45,210 bases of DNA from a virus (IMGVR_UViG_3300017655_000006:1-45210), one strand, 5' to 3'. Positions 9,010 to 18,060 are shown, counted from the stretch's first letter. The notes: generated by a model not told the origin, from the letters alone. Numbers and translations: made by a program.

Positions 9010-9495
9010 TCACCCCCAATTCTTTTTTGCTTCGTCGATTTTCTCCTGCATCTTTTTATAGTCAGCATTGAATTTACCCGTAAGATTATTTTCACCACAG
9101 AATCTTTTCAGATTATCCAATTCTTTCTTAGCAGCATTAAGCACCTTAGTAATATTACCTTTAATATCAGATGAAATAACATCATTAGGATACTTAGACG
9201 CTTTGATTTGATCAATCTCTGTAGATTCAATCAGATGGAAAATATTAAATTGCTCAATGAGAGTATTGTAGTTACTGGTATTGGAGAATTCTCCTTTACC
9301 TTTACCCTCATAGTGAGCAACTTGCTGGTTATGATGTTTGATTATATATTCCATAGTAGCTTTAATTTCAGAATCGGAGTATTCTTTATTAACATGCTGA
9401 ATGAAAGCATCTTTCTTTTTAAACAAAGAAAAACCCTCATTGATATAAGTACCTTCAAGAATACACTTAAGTTGATTTTGAATATTATTGCTCAT
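9010..9495 (-). CDS. Hypothetical protein, probably a head component
   Basis: Lies between the protease and neck genes; N-terminal ILEG and INEG are possible protease sites. Confidence 0.7.
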   Translation of the reverse strand: MSNNIQNQLKCILEGTYINEGFSLFKKKDAFIQHVNKEYSDSEIKATMEYIIKHHNQQVAHYEGKGKGEFSNTSNYNTLIEQFNIFHLIESTEIDQIKASKYPNDVISSDIKGNITKVLNAAKKELDNLKRFCGENNLTGKFNADYKKMQEKIDEAKKNWG

Positions 9496-9497
9496 AA

Positions 9498-10379
9498 TTA
9501 TTTCAGCCCCCTAAGGATATTAGCATAGTTATTCTTGATGTAGGATTCTACTGGAAGATATACTTTTACCGAAGTTCCAAGATAGGAACCTTCAAGCATT
9601 ACTTGACCTTTATCATTAAAGACACCAGCAGATTCTTGAAGACCGAACAGCTCTTGAGCAATCTTAACATTGTCGGATTTTTCAAGAACGAAGTTCGTGA
9701 TTTCTTGTTGAATCGTATTGGTTTCAACCAAATATGCCAAGGAGCATTCTTGCAGCATGGAATCAGTGTATTCGTTTTTAGCTACCACGTTATTAGCAGT
9801 AGCATATGCTTCTTTGTGAGAAGGACGATTCACTTGATCATAAGTGATGATGGACAATGGATCGACTGCAGTATTGTTGGAATCGGTAGCACCAAATGCT
9901 CTGAGGGAGAAGCCCCATGGACGGCCAGCCATCAACTTATTGTACATGGAGAATCCGTAATCAAACGGAGCAGTAGTGATATGGCCTTTCAGAAGCTGAC
10001 CATCTTGCCATACTTTGTCGATATAGTGTGAGACATATGGGTCAAGTACCTGAGATTGACGAACGACATCCTTGCTATCAGGATGACACCATTCTCCAGC
10101 CCATTGTTTCATTCTCATATCGTTTTGAACTTTCGGGTTGTTGTAAATGCCGTTCATTACAACCTTCGCCGGATAGTTACGACCGTTCCAGTTAATCCGT
10201 TCAAAACTTTGAAGAATGGATTCAGCCGTAACCGTTTTAACTTTACCCTGAACTCCCTCAGGGGTAATTCCACTAACGGTGTTTTCCTGCAGGATAGTAG
10301 TCTTGATCAAATCAGGACTAATCGCTGCTTCTACGATATAGTAAATCGGGAATTCTTTCTTAGTGATCGTAGTAAACAT
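9498..10379 (-). CDS. Prohead core protease (T4 gp21-like)
   Basis: LQ..E.INWNGRNYP, GEWCHP (catalytic His), GFSLRAFG (catalytic Ser), YDQVNRPS. Confidence 0.9.
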   Translation of the reverse strand: MFTTITKKEFPIYYIVEAAISPDLIKTTILQENTVSGITPEGVQGKVKTVTAESILQSFERINWNGRNYPAKVVMNGIYNNPKVQNDMRMKQWAGEWCHPDSKDVVRQSQVLDPYVSHYIDKVWQDGQLLKGHITTAPFDYGFSMYNKLMAGRPWGFSLRAFGATDSNNTAVDPLSIITYDQVNRPSHKEAYATANNVVAKNEYTDSMLQECSLAYLVETNTIQQEITNFVLEKSDNVKIAQELFGLQESAGVFNDKGQVMLEGSYLGTSVKVYLPVESYIKNNYANILRGLK

Positions 10380-10412
10380 GATATCAACCCTTTCCTAGTT
10401 AAATAATATTCT

Positions 10413-10424
10413 TAATGTAGTGTT
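10413..10424 (-). promoter_or_regulatory. Putative late promoter AACA-N6-TA
   Basis: AACACTACATTA on the minus strand, upstream of the protease gene. Confidence 0.65.
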
Positions 10425-10460
10425 TAAATATCAAAAAGCTGGTATAAATGTACATTTCGA

Positions 10461-10472
10461 AACAATTGAATA
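10461..10472 (+). promoter_or_regulatory. Putative late promoter AACA-N6-TA
   Basis: AACAATTGAATA. Confidence 0.65.
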
Positions 10473-10506
10473 ATCTATTCATCTTATGAAGGGAAGTGTA
10501 CTATAA

Positions 10507-11202
10507 ATGACTAACGGATTCTATAGTAGCAAACTATTGTCCGATCGTAGAACTAAGATGCTTGAATCGGTTCGACCGTTTAATATCCAACAAACCGAAG
10601 AACCGTTCAAGATCAGCAAGGAACTTGCACTTGAAGCAGTAATCGTATCTTTGACTGAAACTCTGCAAGAATATATTGATGAAAATACTGAAGTTGAAGA
10701 AGTAGTATTGCAAGAAGGTGTTGCTCAAACTGTAAGAAAAGTAAAGGATAGTGTATCTAAGACTGTGGTGAAATTTACTATGGCTGATAGAGAAATGTCT
10801 GAAAGATTAAATGAGAAATTTAATAGATATATCAAAATCTTTAAGGATGGTAAGCGTGATGCTGCATATGAAACTGTAGTCAAAAACGCTATCAATCTTT
10901 CTAGAATGCTGAAGAATCTTATAGGTTCCTTCCTTATTGGTCTTCTTATTCCGGGAGGAATTCCTGTAAAAATCGTATCTGCCGTTCTTGCATTGTTGGT
11001 TAAAACAGCTTTGGATAAGAGAGCAGATTCGAAGTATAAGAATCTCGTATTTAATGATATCAAATTTGAAATTCAAGTAGTAAAAGAAAAAATTAGAGAT
11101 GCTGAATCCAGAGGTGATATCAAAGCAAAATATAAGTTGATGAGGATTGAAAATCAACTTGGTAGAGCCATGAACAGAATTCAGTACAATATTCAATCCT
11201 AA
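10507..11202 (+). CDS. Probable virion (inner head) protein with a hydrophobic hairpin
   Basis: Head-module position; several LxE sites near the N-terminus; LIGSFLIGLLIPGGIPVKIVSAVLALLV segment. Confidence 0.7.
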   Translation: MTNGFYSSKLLSDRRTKMLESVRPFNIQQTEEPFKISKELALEAVIVSLTETLQEYIDENTEVEEVVLQEGVAQTVRKVKDSVSKTVVKFTMADREMSERLNEKFNRYIKIFKDGKRDAAYETVVKNAINLSRMLKNLIGSFLIGLLIPGGIPVKIVSAVLALLVKTALDKRADSKYKNLVFNDIKFEIQVVKEKIRDAESRGDIKAKYKLMRIENQLGRAMNRIQYNIQS

Positions 11203-11216
11203 GAGGAGGTGATACT

Positions 11217-11927
11217 ATGTCGAGTGTACTTGACAAACTCCGCATTCTAATGGAGGGTGGTGTTCTATTAGAAGCTGACGATGATAATAAATATTCTATT
11301 AATGATGATGGAACTCCAGCTCAACCTGACAATACTGATGCAGCAGCTCCTGCCACATCCGAAGATCAAACCGGAAATGCTGATGGTGCAGATACTGGAG
11401 ATGGAGGCGGTGATGAACCAGCAACTACTGACGGTGATAATGCCGATGGTCCAGATGCTGGTGGAGATTATACTATTGATGGAGGTGATGATGACACAGG
11501 AGATGGCGGAGATGGAGATCAACCGGCAACTACCGATGGTGGTGGTGATGGCTCTGCTCCTGCAACTGATCCTAATCAACCAAAACCCGGAGAAGTTCTT
11601 AACATTGATCCAAAAACTAGAGCTATCTTAGCTTATAAGAACTTTGATAGGTACAGAGATCTTAGGGATGATACTGTCAGACTGATCACCGAATTATCGG
11701 AATTCGTTCCTACTAATGATGAGGTCAGAGCAGTTGTTGGTATCACTATTGAAAGAAGTACCGATCTGGTGAATAAGCTTAATGATTACATCCTGTATAA
11801 ATATTCTGATACTTCTTATGAAATGAATTACTATAACTTTATGCAATTTATTGTAGAGAAGCGCTATCTGGATGAGTTGTATGATAAAATCATCAAGACC
11901 TCTTCTCAGGCTACACAGAATAAATAA
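11217..11927 (+). CDS. Probable head or scaffold-type protein with an Asp/Gly/Thr low-complexity region
   Basis: GAGGAGG RBS; directly precedes the capsid gene; repeats of the type GDxPATTDG. Confidence 0.7.
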   Translation: MSSVLDKLRILMEGGVLLEADDDNKYSINDDGTPAQPDNTDAAAPATSEDQTGNADGADTGDGGGDEPATTDGDNADGPDAGGDYTIDGGDDDTGDGGDGDQPATTDGGGDGSAPATDPNQPKPGEVLNIDPKTRAILAYKNFDRYRDLRDDTVRLITELSEFVPTNDEVRAVVGITIERSTDLVNKLNDYILYKYSDTSYEMNYYNFMQFIVEKRYLDELYDKIIKTSSQATQNK

Positions 11928-12021
11928 AAAATTAATTTTCGAAAAAGCAACATAAAATCGAGGTTTCTAAAAAACCAACAAGATATAAATATTTTACTCA
12001 CTTTCAAAGGAGGCAATCCAA

Positions 12022-13668
12022 ATGGCACAACCTGATTTTCTTGAATTGTCGCTTGGTATGACCACGGCTTCTGACGCACAGGTTAACGGCTTCTATAGCA
12101 AGCTGTTGGAATCCTATGGCTCGAACCTGGCTAATAACCTCGGCAGCATTTTCGCCCAAAAAGAAACAGCGCAATCCTTCTTGGAATCCGTAAACGAAAT
12201 CCTTGAGCAACAAGGTCTTCAAGGCCAAGGTTACGCAAACGTGGTTCTGAAAGAAGACGCTGCGGCCCGTGCAGTTTCCATGCAAAACGTTGTAACAGAG
12301 ATGCTGACAGAAGCAACTCAGCAAGGTATCGCGGCGCTCAAGCCGATCTCGCTGACTTCTTTCGGTTTCCAAATCCGGTCTTACACGAAGGCTCAAATGC
12401 ATCGCTCTGTGAAGACGATTCAAGCCGAAAAACCTTCGTTCAAAATCACTGAGCGCAAGCAATACGTGATCGACATCGCCGGTAACAAGCACTACTTCGT
12501 TGACGCGTTCAACAAAAACTCCAATCTGGTTAACAACCTGCATCAGAAGTTCAACTTCACGGTTGATGTACCGGATACGGCGTATGATATCTTCAGCGAA
12601 AACTCGATCGACAAGCGTAACAAGCTTGCAATCGATATCGCGGTTAAATCTTTCACGGCTGTTAAAGCCGATGGCACGACTGCCGAAGCTGCTGCTGACC
12701 TGAAATTGGTTGGACGCACTCGTCAAATCGACATCGAAACTGGCCGCTTCAGTGTAGAAGTAACGATCGGTCCTGAGGCTACCAAAGCCACAATCATGGG
12801 CGAAATCGACTTCGAAGCTGCAACTGTAACAAACATCAGCGCAACATCGAGCCGTGTTAAAACGGTAACGTTTGCTGCCCGTTTGTCCGCCGAAACTCAC
12901 CTTAAAGCTCTGGTGACTGGTTTCGAGCACAAACATACAAACGTCGCTATTCCTGATGGCGCGCACATCGAAGTTAACCCTTCGGTTGAGTTCATCGATG
13001 ACGTTAGCCGCATGACCGGCGTAAACGTTCTCGAAGAATACACCAACCAAATGGGTCAATTGATCGAACAGCTCGAAGACCGCTCAATTTACGAGTATCT
13101 GAAAGAGCTGGAAGCTCAAGCAATCTTCACGAAAGAATTCAACGTAACGCCAGATGCCGGTTTCTCCCTGGGCCGCGAAGAATGGCTGCGTCGTGAATTC
13201 CACCCGTTCATGGAACGGATTTGCATCCGCTTGAAATCGGAGCTGCAGCTTGACGATTGCCATTTCCGTATCGTCGGAAATCCAATCGACATTCGTGTAC
13301 CGAACGCATCCGGCGAGCAATACATCTTCCGTCGGAATCAGGATATGACCGGTTCCTCGCAAATGAACTACGACTTCGTAGTCATGAGCACTGGTAACAC
13401 GGTATTCTACCTGTCCACGGATCGCGTACCTCCGGGTAAAATGTATGTCAACCTGATCCCGAACAGCATCCAAAACAACATCATGACGGTTAATCACTTC
13501 CGGTATGCTAACTATGTTAGCAACAAATACCGCAGCTCGACTAACCCGGCGCTTCCTGCGATCATGGTGTCCAGCCGCTACCAAACCAAGGAATACCAAC
13601 CGGTTATGGCGGTCGTTGAAATGGGCAGCAACTACTCCGACTACTACACTGGCTACTACGCTCAGTAA
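12022..13668 (+). CDS. Major capsid protein precursor
   Basis: 548 aa, strongest codon bias in the window, AGGAGG RBS, own terminator, N-terminal segment rich in LxE sites, close to the prohead protease. Confidence 0.82.
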   Translation: MAQPDFLELSLGMTTASDAQVNGFYSKLLESYGSNLANNLGSIFAQKETAQSFLESVNEILEQQGLQGQGYANVVLKEDAAARAVSMQNVVTEMLTEATQQGIAALKPISLTSFGFQIRSYTKAQMHRSVKTIQAEKPSFKITERKQYVIDIAGNKHYFVDAFNKNSNLVNNLHQKFNFTVDVPDTAYDIFSENSIDKRNKLAIDIAVKSFTAVKADGTTAEAAADLKLVGRTRQIDIETGRFSVEVTIGPEATKATIMGEIDFEAATVTNISATSSRVKTVTFAARLSAETHLKALVTGFEHKHTNVAIPDGAHIEVNPSVEFIDDVSRMTGVNVLEEYTNQMGQLIEQLEDRSIYEYLKELEAQAIFTKEFNVTPDAGFSLGREEWLRREFHPFMERICIRLKSELQLDDCHFRIVGNPIDIRVPNASGEQYIFRRNQDMTGSSQMNYDFVVMSTGNTVFYLSTDRVPPGKMYVNLIPNSIQNNIMTVNHFRYANYVSNKYRSSTNPALPAIMVSSRYQTKEYQPVMAVVEMGSNYSDYYTGYYAQ

Positions 13669-13680
13669 TGGTCGGCGAAG

Positions 13681-13715
13681 AATTCCCAGCGGTCAAAAGC
13701 CGCTGGGAGTTTTTT
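13681..13715 (+). terminator. Intrinsic terminator
   Basis: TTCCCAGCGGT/GCCGCTGGGAG stem and T6. Confidence 0.85.
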
Positions 13716-13776
13716 ATTTGTAAATTTAAGGAAAGAACTTAATATAAATCTGACTAAAATTAAGGAGGAAACGCTA

Positions 13777-14970
13777 GTGAACAAATTCGTATTCCCATTC
13801 TTGGCAGGAATGTTTGATCAGTTGAAATCCACTAATCTCAATAACTCCAAGGAAATCATTGAGCGTATCAAGAATACGTTGAACAATGAAACTTCGCTCC
13901 CTTGCATAAACGTGGTTATCAATAAATCAACTACTGCTCAAAACTTCTATGGTATGATTGTATTTCCTAAAACTATCCTGTCTGATCAAAAAGGTATTGA
14001 GATCAAGAGTTATGTGGTAGAGATTCAGGAACAATTGCTGCAACTATTGTCCGGTAAACAATTGGCCGCATTGCTTATCCATGATCTTTCTCATAACGTA
14101 TTGACGTATACGGCAGTTGAGAGATTGAAATCCTCCATCTACCATGCTTGCAAAATGACCAATATGAAAGTGATCGATGTGCTGTATAATATCGACAGCA
14201 AAACTCGTGACCTTGCTCTGTTGGATATTGCTAACCGTACCTATAAGGAACCAGTAGTTCCTGATCTGGAAATGTACGAAGCTGATAGAATCCTCATTGA
14301 TATGAATATCTACAATGAGTACAACTCTGCTATTAAAGTTATCCATGATCAGGTTGAGGAATTTAACCTGTCTAATCCTGATGATCAACACATCGCTGAT
14401 ACTTATATTGCCACTATCCTTATTAAGATTGTAATGGAAAAAGCTAAAGGTATGGTTCGTACCTTCAATTTCCATAAGAAATTCGTTGAGGATACTTATG
14501 ATACCAAAATCTTCAAGATGTTCCCTTCGATTGATATTGAATTGAAAGAGGAAAATTTTGGACAGAAAGTATCTGAAGTTGAAACATTAAAGCCGTTTGA
14601 ACTTGGTATGCTGCAAGAATCTACCATGGCTTTTATTAAAGAAAAGCAAAATTTGAATGAATCCTCTCTGATTATCGAGAGTATCTTCAAGCAGAAGCGC
14701 CCGAATATCACATCTCTCCAGAAGGAATTTGATATCATCAGCTTCAAGATGCAGAACTTTGCTTCGAACTATGAGAGATTGAATCTTTTAGATCGAGTAT
14801 ATGATAGCATTTATCTTATTGAGAAATATCATGATGAGAATCCTACTGATGAAGTGATCGCAGATTATCTGCAAAAGTTCCTTGAACTTCCTAAACTTAT
14901 GAGGGATACGAAACCTTCTAAGAAAAGATATGATGTGTTCGTGGAATACCCTGCAGGATATGAAGGATAA
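13777..14970 (+). CDS. Probable virion protein with a degenerate zincin-like motif (HDLSH)
   Basis: AAGGAGG RBS and GTG start; LSGKQLAALLIHDLSH resembles L...ElaAvl.HE.gH. Confidence 0.6.
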   Translation: MNKFVFPFLAGMFDQLKSTNLNNSKEIIERIKNTLNNETSLPCINVVINKSTTAQNFYGMIVFPKTILSDQKGIEIKSYVVEIQEQLLQLLSGKQLAALLIHDLSHNVLTYTAVERLKSSIYHACKMTNMKVIDVLYNIDSKTRDLALLDIANRTYKEPVVPDLEMYEADRILIDMNIYNEYNSAIKVIHDQVEEFNLSNPDDQHIADTYIATILIKIVMEKAKGMVRTFNFHKKFVEDTYDTKIFKMFPSIDIELKEENFGQKVSEVETLKPFELGMLQESTMAFIKEKQNLNESSLIIESIFKQKRPNITSLQKEFDIISFKMQNFASNYERLNLLDRVYDSIYLIEKYHDENPTDEVIADYLQKFLELPKLMRDTKPSKKRYDVFVEYPAGYEG

Positions 14971-14976
14971 AAAACT

Positions 14977-15006
14977 GAGATACAGCTATTATGCTGTATC
15001 TCTTTT
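14977..15006 (+). terminator. Intrinsic terminator
   Basis: GAGATACAGC/GCTGTATCTC stem and TTTT. Confidence 0.75.
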
Positions 15007-15047
15007 GCCTTTGTGTAGCTTTCCTAGATTTTACCACTTAATTAAAA

Positions 15048-15059
15048 AACATTAAAGTA
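15048..15059 (+). promoter_or_regulatory. Putative late promoter AACA-N6-TA
   Basis: AACATTAAAGTA. Confidence 0.6.
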
Positions 15060-15100
15060 ATGAGTTATCTCATTAAAATAATTAATTAGAGGGTGGAGCC

Positions 15101-16186
15101 ATGAGCAACGGTAAGCGGTCGAAAATTAATGATATAACTCTTGTTAGTATGGTTGAAGAATTTCCTGGGAAATCTTTTCAATTCTATTCTAACAAGATTC
15201 AAGAGAAGCTTGACATCTCTATATCGGCCGATACCGTTAGGAAACGTTTGAAGAAATTGGGAATCGACAAAGGGGAGTCACCTAAGACCACTACAACCCA
15301 AGAAACTCCTACTGGTGGAACAGCACCAATTTACTCCAATCGTAAGAATTCGGAGAATCCAACGGTAGAATTCATCGACGCCTTAACAGAATTTCAGGAA
15401 AAAATGATCGGTGCAGATGAGAGACAAACACAGTTAAACATCGACATTCCTGATAAAAAACCTATCGGCGTAATATTTACTGGAGACTGGCACTTTGGTG
15501 GATTGCGTACTGATCACAAGGGAATGATTGAAGATTTCAAACTCTTCAATGATACTGAAGGTTTGTACAGTGTCCTCATGGGTGATTATGGAGATAACGT
15601 TATCTCTGGCATTCACCCAGGTGCTCAATATGAACAAATTCTTAACCCTGATAAGCAACGTGAAGGAGTATTACATCTTTGTGATATGTACTTCAAAGAT
15701 CGTACTCTTGCGGTAATCAAGGGCAACCATGATAACTGGCAAGTAAGATCTACTGGAGATGACTTTGTTAAGGAACTAGCTCGTGTATGTAATGCTGGTT
15801 ATCTATGGTATGGTGGCGAAGTTATGCTCGGTCTTGGTGAACATACGTACAAGATTCATGCTCGTCATAACTATAAGTACAATTCTAGTATCAATACTAC
15901 TAACAGTCAACGAAATCTATATGCTACTACTCATGCTGACGTTATTGCATTTGGTCATATTCATACTAACGAAGTTCATGAAAAATCTGCAGGCGGTAAT
16001 GACACTATCTGGCTCAGAACCGGTAGTTATAAAATCACCGATGATTTCTCTCAATGGATCGGTGGATATATGGCTGACCCTCGTGTTCCTATGGTCGTAT
16101 TCTGGCCTGGAACGAGGAAGAAGATTGGTTTCCGTGACATTCGTGACGGAGTCTTATTCCTCAATGCTGCTCGGAAAATATATTAA
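15101..16186 (+). CDS. Calcineurin-like metallophosphoesterase with an N-terminal HTH-like segment
   Basis: GDWH, GDYGD, GNHD, H, GHIH motifs in canonical order; ISADTVRKRLKKLGI near the N-terminus. Confidence 0.88.
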   Translation: MSNGKRSKINDITLVSMVEEFPGKSFQFYSNKIQEKLDISISADTVRKRLKKLGIDKGESPKTTTTQETPTGGTAPIYSNRKNSENPTVEFIDALTEFQEKMIGADERQTQLNIDIPDKKPIGVIFTGDWHFGGLRTDHKGMIEDFKLFNDTEGLYSVLMGDYGDNVISGIHPGAQYEQILNPDKQREGVLHLCDMYFKDRTLAVIKGNHDNWQVRSTGDDFVKELARVCNAGYLWYGGEVMLGLGEHTYKIHARHNYKYNSSINTTNSQRNLYATTHADVIAFGHIHTNEVHEKSAGGNDTIWLRTGSYKITDDFSQWIGGYMADPRVPMVVFWPGTRKKIGFRDIRDGVLFLNAARKIY

Positions 16187-16199
16187 TTTCTCTATGTTC

Positions 16200-16243
16200 C
16201 AAAAAAAAAATAAGCCCAAGAGGATTTTACCCCTCTTGGGTTT
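16200..16243 (-). terminator. Terminator at a convergent junction; inverted near-copy of 8235-8281
   Basis: Minus strand reads CCCAAGAGG-GGTAAAAT-CCTCTTGGG-CTTA-T10. Confidence 0.8.
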
Positions 16244-16258
16244 GTTCTATTCATTTGA

Positions 16259-16450
16259 TCACTTCTTATCATCGGCCCATATAGCTATGGTCCATATTAT
16301 ATTCATTATAGGGATGAACATAACAACTGTGAGCACTTCATCCCATTTTGATCCCATTCTCTTCAGCATGTTATTCGCACATACATAAAATATCCATACT
16401 GAAGCGAAATATAAGAGAATGGGTATGATATAGAAGAGATATTCTAACAT
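16259..16450 (-). CDS. Small membrane protein (two hydrophobic segments)
   Basis: GGAGG RBS before MLEYLF; the track start at 16507 overlaps the upstream gene. Confidence 0.7.
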   Translation of the reverse strand: MLEYLFYIIPILLYFASVWIFYVCANNMLKRMGSKWDEVLTVVMFIPIMNIIWTIAIWADDKK

Positions 16451-16472
16451 TACATTCCTCCATGATACCAGT

Positions 16473-17045
16473 TTATTTATCAGATATTTCCATTCCCATT
16501 TGTCCAAGATAGGAATCTAAAATATTCCGTTCCCTTGTTCCCTTTTCAGGTAATGTAAATTTTTCAACGCCTTCAATGATATAAACTCTGGGCCTCCACC
16601 ATGTATATACAATTTTGTTTACTCGTTTAAGATCAAGAGCTTTCTTCGCGCGACGCATAATACGACGCTCCTGTCTAGTATTTGTTTTCTTACGTTCAAT
16701 CGATATAACACCGGCAAGCACATTTCTGAAGAAATTTATATCAATATGCTTAACTAGATAATATCCAGGATCTGCTGTACATAACATATTTAAAATCTCT
16801 AATTCATAACCGATTCGATTATATATAGCCATTGGTGAAAATAACAATTCAGCTTTAGATTCTTTAGCACCAATAGATGGCATCTCATGTTCAGGGACTA
16901 TTGATGAAACAACACCTCTGTTACCATAACGTCCAACTATTTTAGTTCCTGGAAACATTTCTTCAGCTTTAGATACACTTATTATGTGCCCATCTTCAAC
17001 GATACTTGAATCAAATACATAAATCGGTTTTTTATTTTCAGTCAT
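16473..17045 (-). CDS. Miniature RNA polymerase beta-like protein (barrel motifs only) with a basic C-terminal extension
   Basis: EDGHIIS, GTKIVGRYGNRGVVSSIV...MP, AELLFSPMAIYNR and IGYELEILNMLCTADP align with beta motifs; AAGGAG RBS favours the start at MTENKK. Confidence 0.8.
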   Translation of the reverse strand: MTENKKPIYVFDSSIVEDGHIISVSKAEEMFPGTKIVGRYGNRGVVSSIVPEHEMPSIGAKESKAELLFSPMAIYNRIGYELEILNMLCTADPGYYLVKHIDINFFRNVLAGVISIERKKTNTRQERRIMRRAKKALDLKRVNKIVYTWWRPRVYIIEGVEKFTLPEKGTRERNILDSYLGQMGMEISDK

Positions 17046-17062
17046 ATTAAACATCTCCTTTT

Positions 17063-17752
17063 TTATAGTTGTGGTTCTTCTTTGAAGAAATCATGTAAGA
17101 ATATCCTCTCACTGTTTACTATTACATATTTACCTTCATTCATTTCAGTTTGAGATGTTGCTGAATCTTCGGTACATGATCTAAATCCTACCCATCTGGT
17201 ATTGTCATTATTACGAGCATTAATTTGGTCAGCAATTTGTTTAACTTTATCAAAGATTTCTTTCAATTCAGTTTTATTAATTTCCTCTAGAGGAATTTGA
17301 ACAAAATTCATTCCTTCTCTATCAATATATTCAAACTCTCCTTCAACGTAAACATACATATCTTCTTCGTAATATATATCAATGTCCCAAATTCTTTTTA
17401 TTCCTATTATAGAATTAACACTATTTGTTTTAAACCATTCATGGAGAACATTTTGAACCTGTGTGACGAATTTCGCTTGGAATGTATCAGTATTCTCCAC
17501 AATATCTGGAAACAATTTTACATACACGGAATAGTGCACATGTTTAAGAAAATCTTCCTGATCCACAATTTCCATAATTTCTTTGTATCCAGAAACTCTT
17601 ATGATCTTATCGACACTCGGATAAGATTCTAAATATTGATCCAATTTCATACCGATATCATGAATGAGAAATGCACCATCATTCAAATCAATAACAGTTG
17701 TTAATCTGTTTCCTGTGGATCTTACATAAATTGGTTTTACTTCATTTGTCAT
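17063..17752 (-). CDS. Hypothetical protein
   Basis: GGAGG RBS before MTNEVKPIYV. Confidence 0.8.
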   Translation of the reverse strand: MTNEVKPIYVRSTGNRLTTVIDLNDGAFLIHDIGMKLDQYLESYPSVDKIIRVSGYKEIMEIVDQEDFLKHVHYSVYVKLFPDIVENTDTFQAKFVTQVQNVLHEWFKTNSVNSIIGIKRIWDIDIYYEEDMYVYVEGEFEYIDREGMNFVQIPLEEINKTELKEIFDKVKQIADQINARNNDNTRWVGFRSCTEDSATSQTEMNEGKYVIVNSERIFLHDFFKEEPQL

Positions 17753-17760
17753 AGTTAAAA

Positions 17761-18002
17761 CCTCCAATAGTTTAGTATATTAACTTACATTATTCTTCAA
17801 GCAGGTATTTCATCAAAAGGGCTTCGTTATTTTGGGGATGTTCTTTCAAAGCTTCTCTTATGCAGCTTTTATGAACATTGGTGTCGAATTCATCGTCGTA
17901 TACCAATTCTTCATTTTCATCATCAGTGTAACAAAACCAGCATCCGCCATTACTAGGATTCAACTTTGCCATTTTAAATTCCTCCAATAGTTTAGTATAT
18001 TA
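17761..18002 (-). repeat. 22-bp direct repeat (17761-17782 and 17981-18002) containing the RBS
   Basis: CCTCCAATAGTTTAGTATATTA is identical at both positions. Confidence 0.9.
17790..17972 (-). CDS. Small putative zinc-binding protein
   Basis: CWFC...HKSC; GGAGG RBS before MAKLNP. Confidence 0.7.
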   Translation of the reverse strand: MAKLNPSNGGCWFCYTDDENEELVYDDEFDTNVHKSCIREALKEHPQNNEALLMKYLLEE

Positions 18003-18008
18003 CAAGTA

Positions 18009-18022
18009 AATAATATATATTT
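18009..18022 (-). promoter_or_regulatory. Putative early promoter
   Basis: AAATATATATTATT on the minus strand. Confidence 0.75.
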
Positions 18023-18026
18023 GCAG

Positions 18027-18060
18027 AAAAAAGAAGATGCGGATGTCGCATCTTCTTTTT
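18027..18060 (-). terminator. Terminator after the HNH gene
   Basis: AAAAGAAGATGCG/CGCATCTTCTTTT inverted repeat. Confidence 0.75.

Noticed and set aside
12004-13599. Antisense ORFs over the capsid gene
   Set aside because: Shadows of codon bias; no RBS or recognisable motifs
16473-17045. Simple pseudogene of RNAP beta
   Set aside because: No stops or frameshifts, a good RBS, and in-frame loss of the regions between conserved blocks; kept as a finding, although decay is not fully excluded
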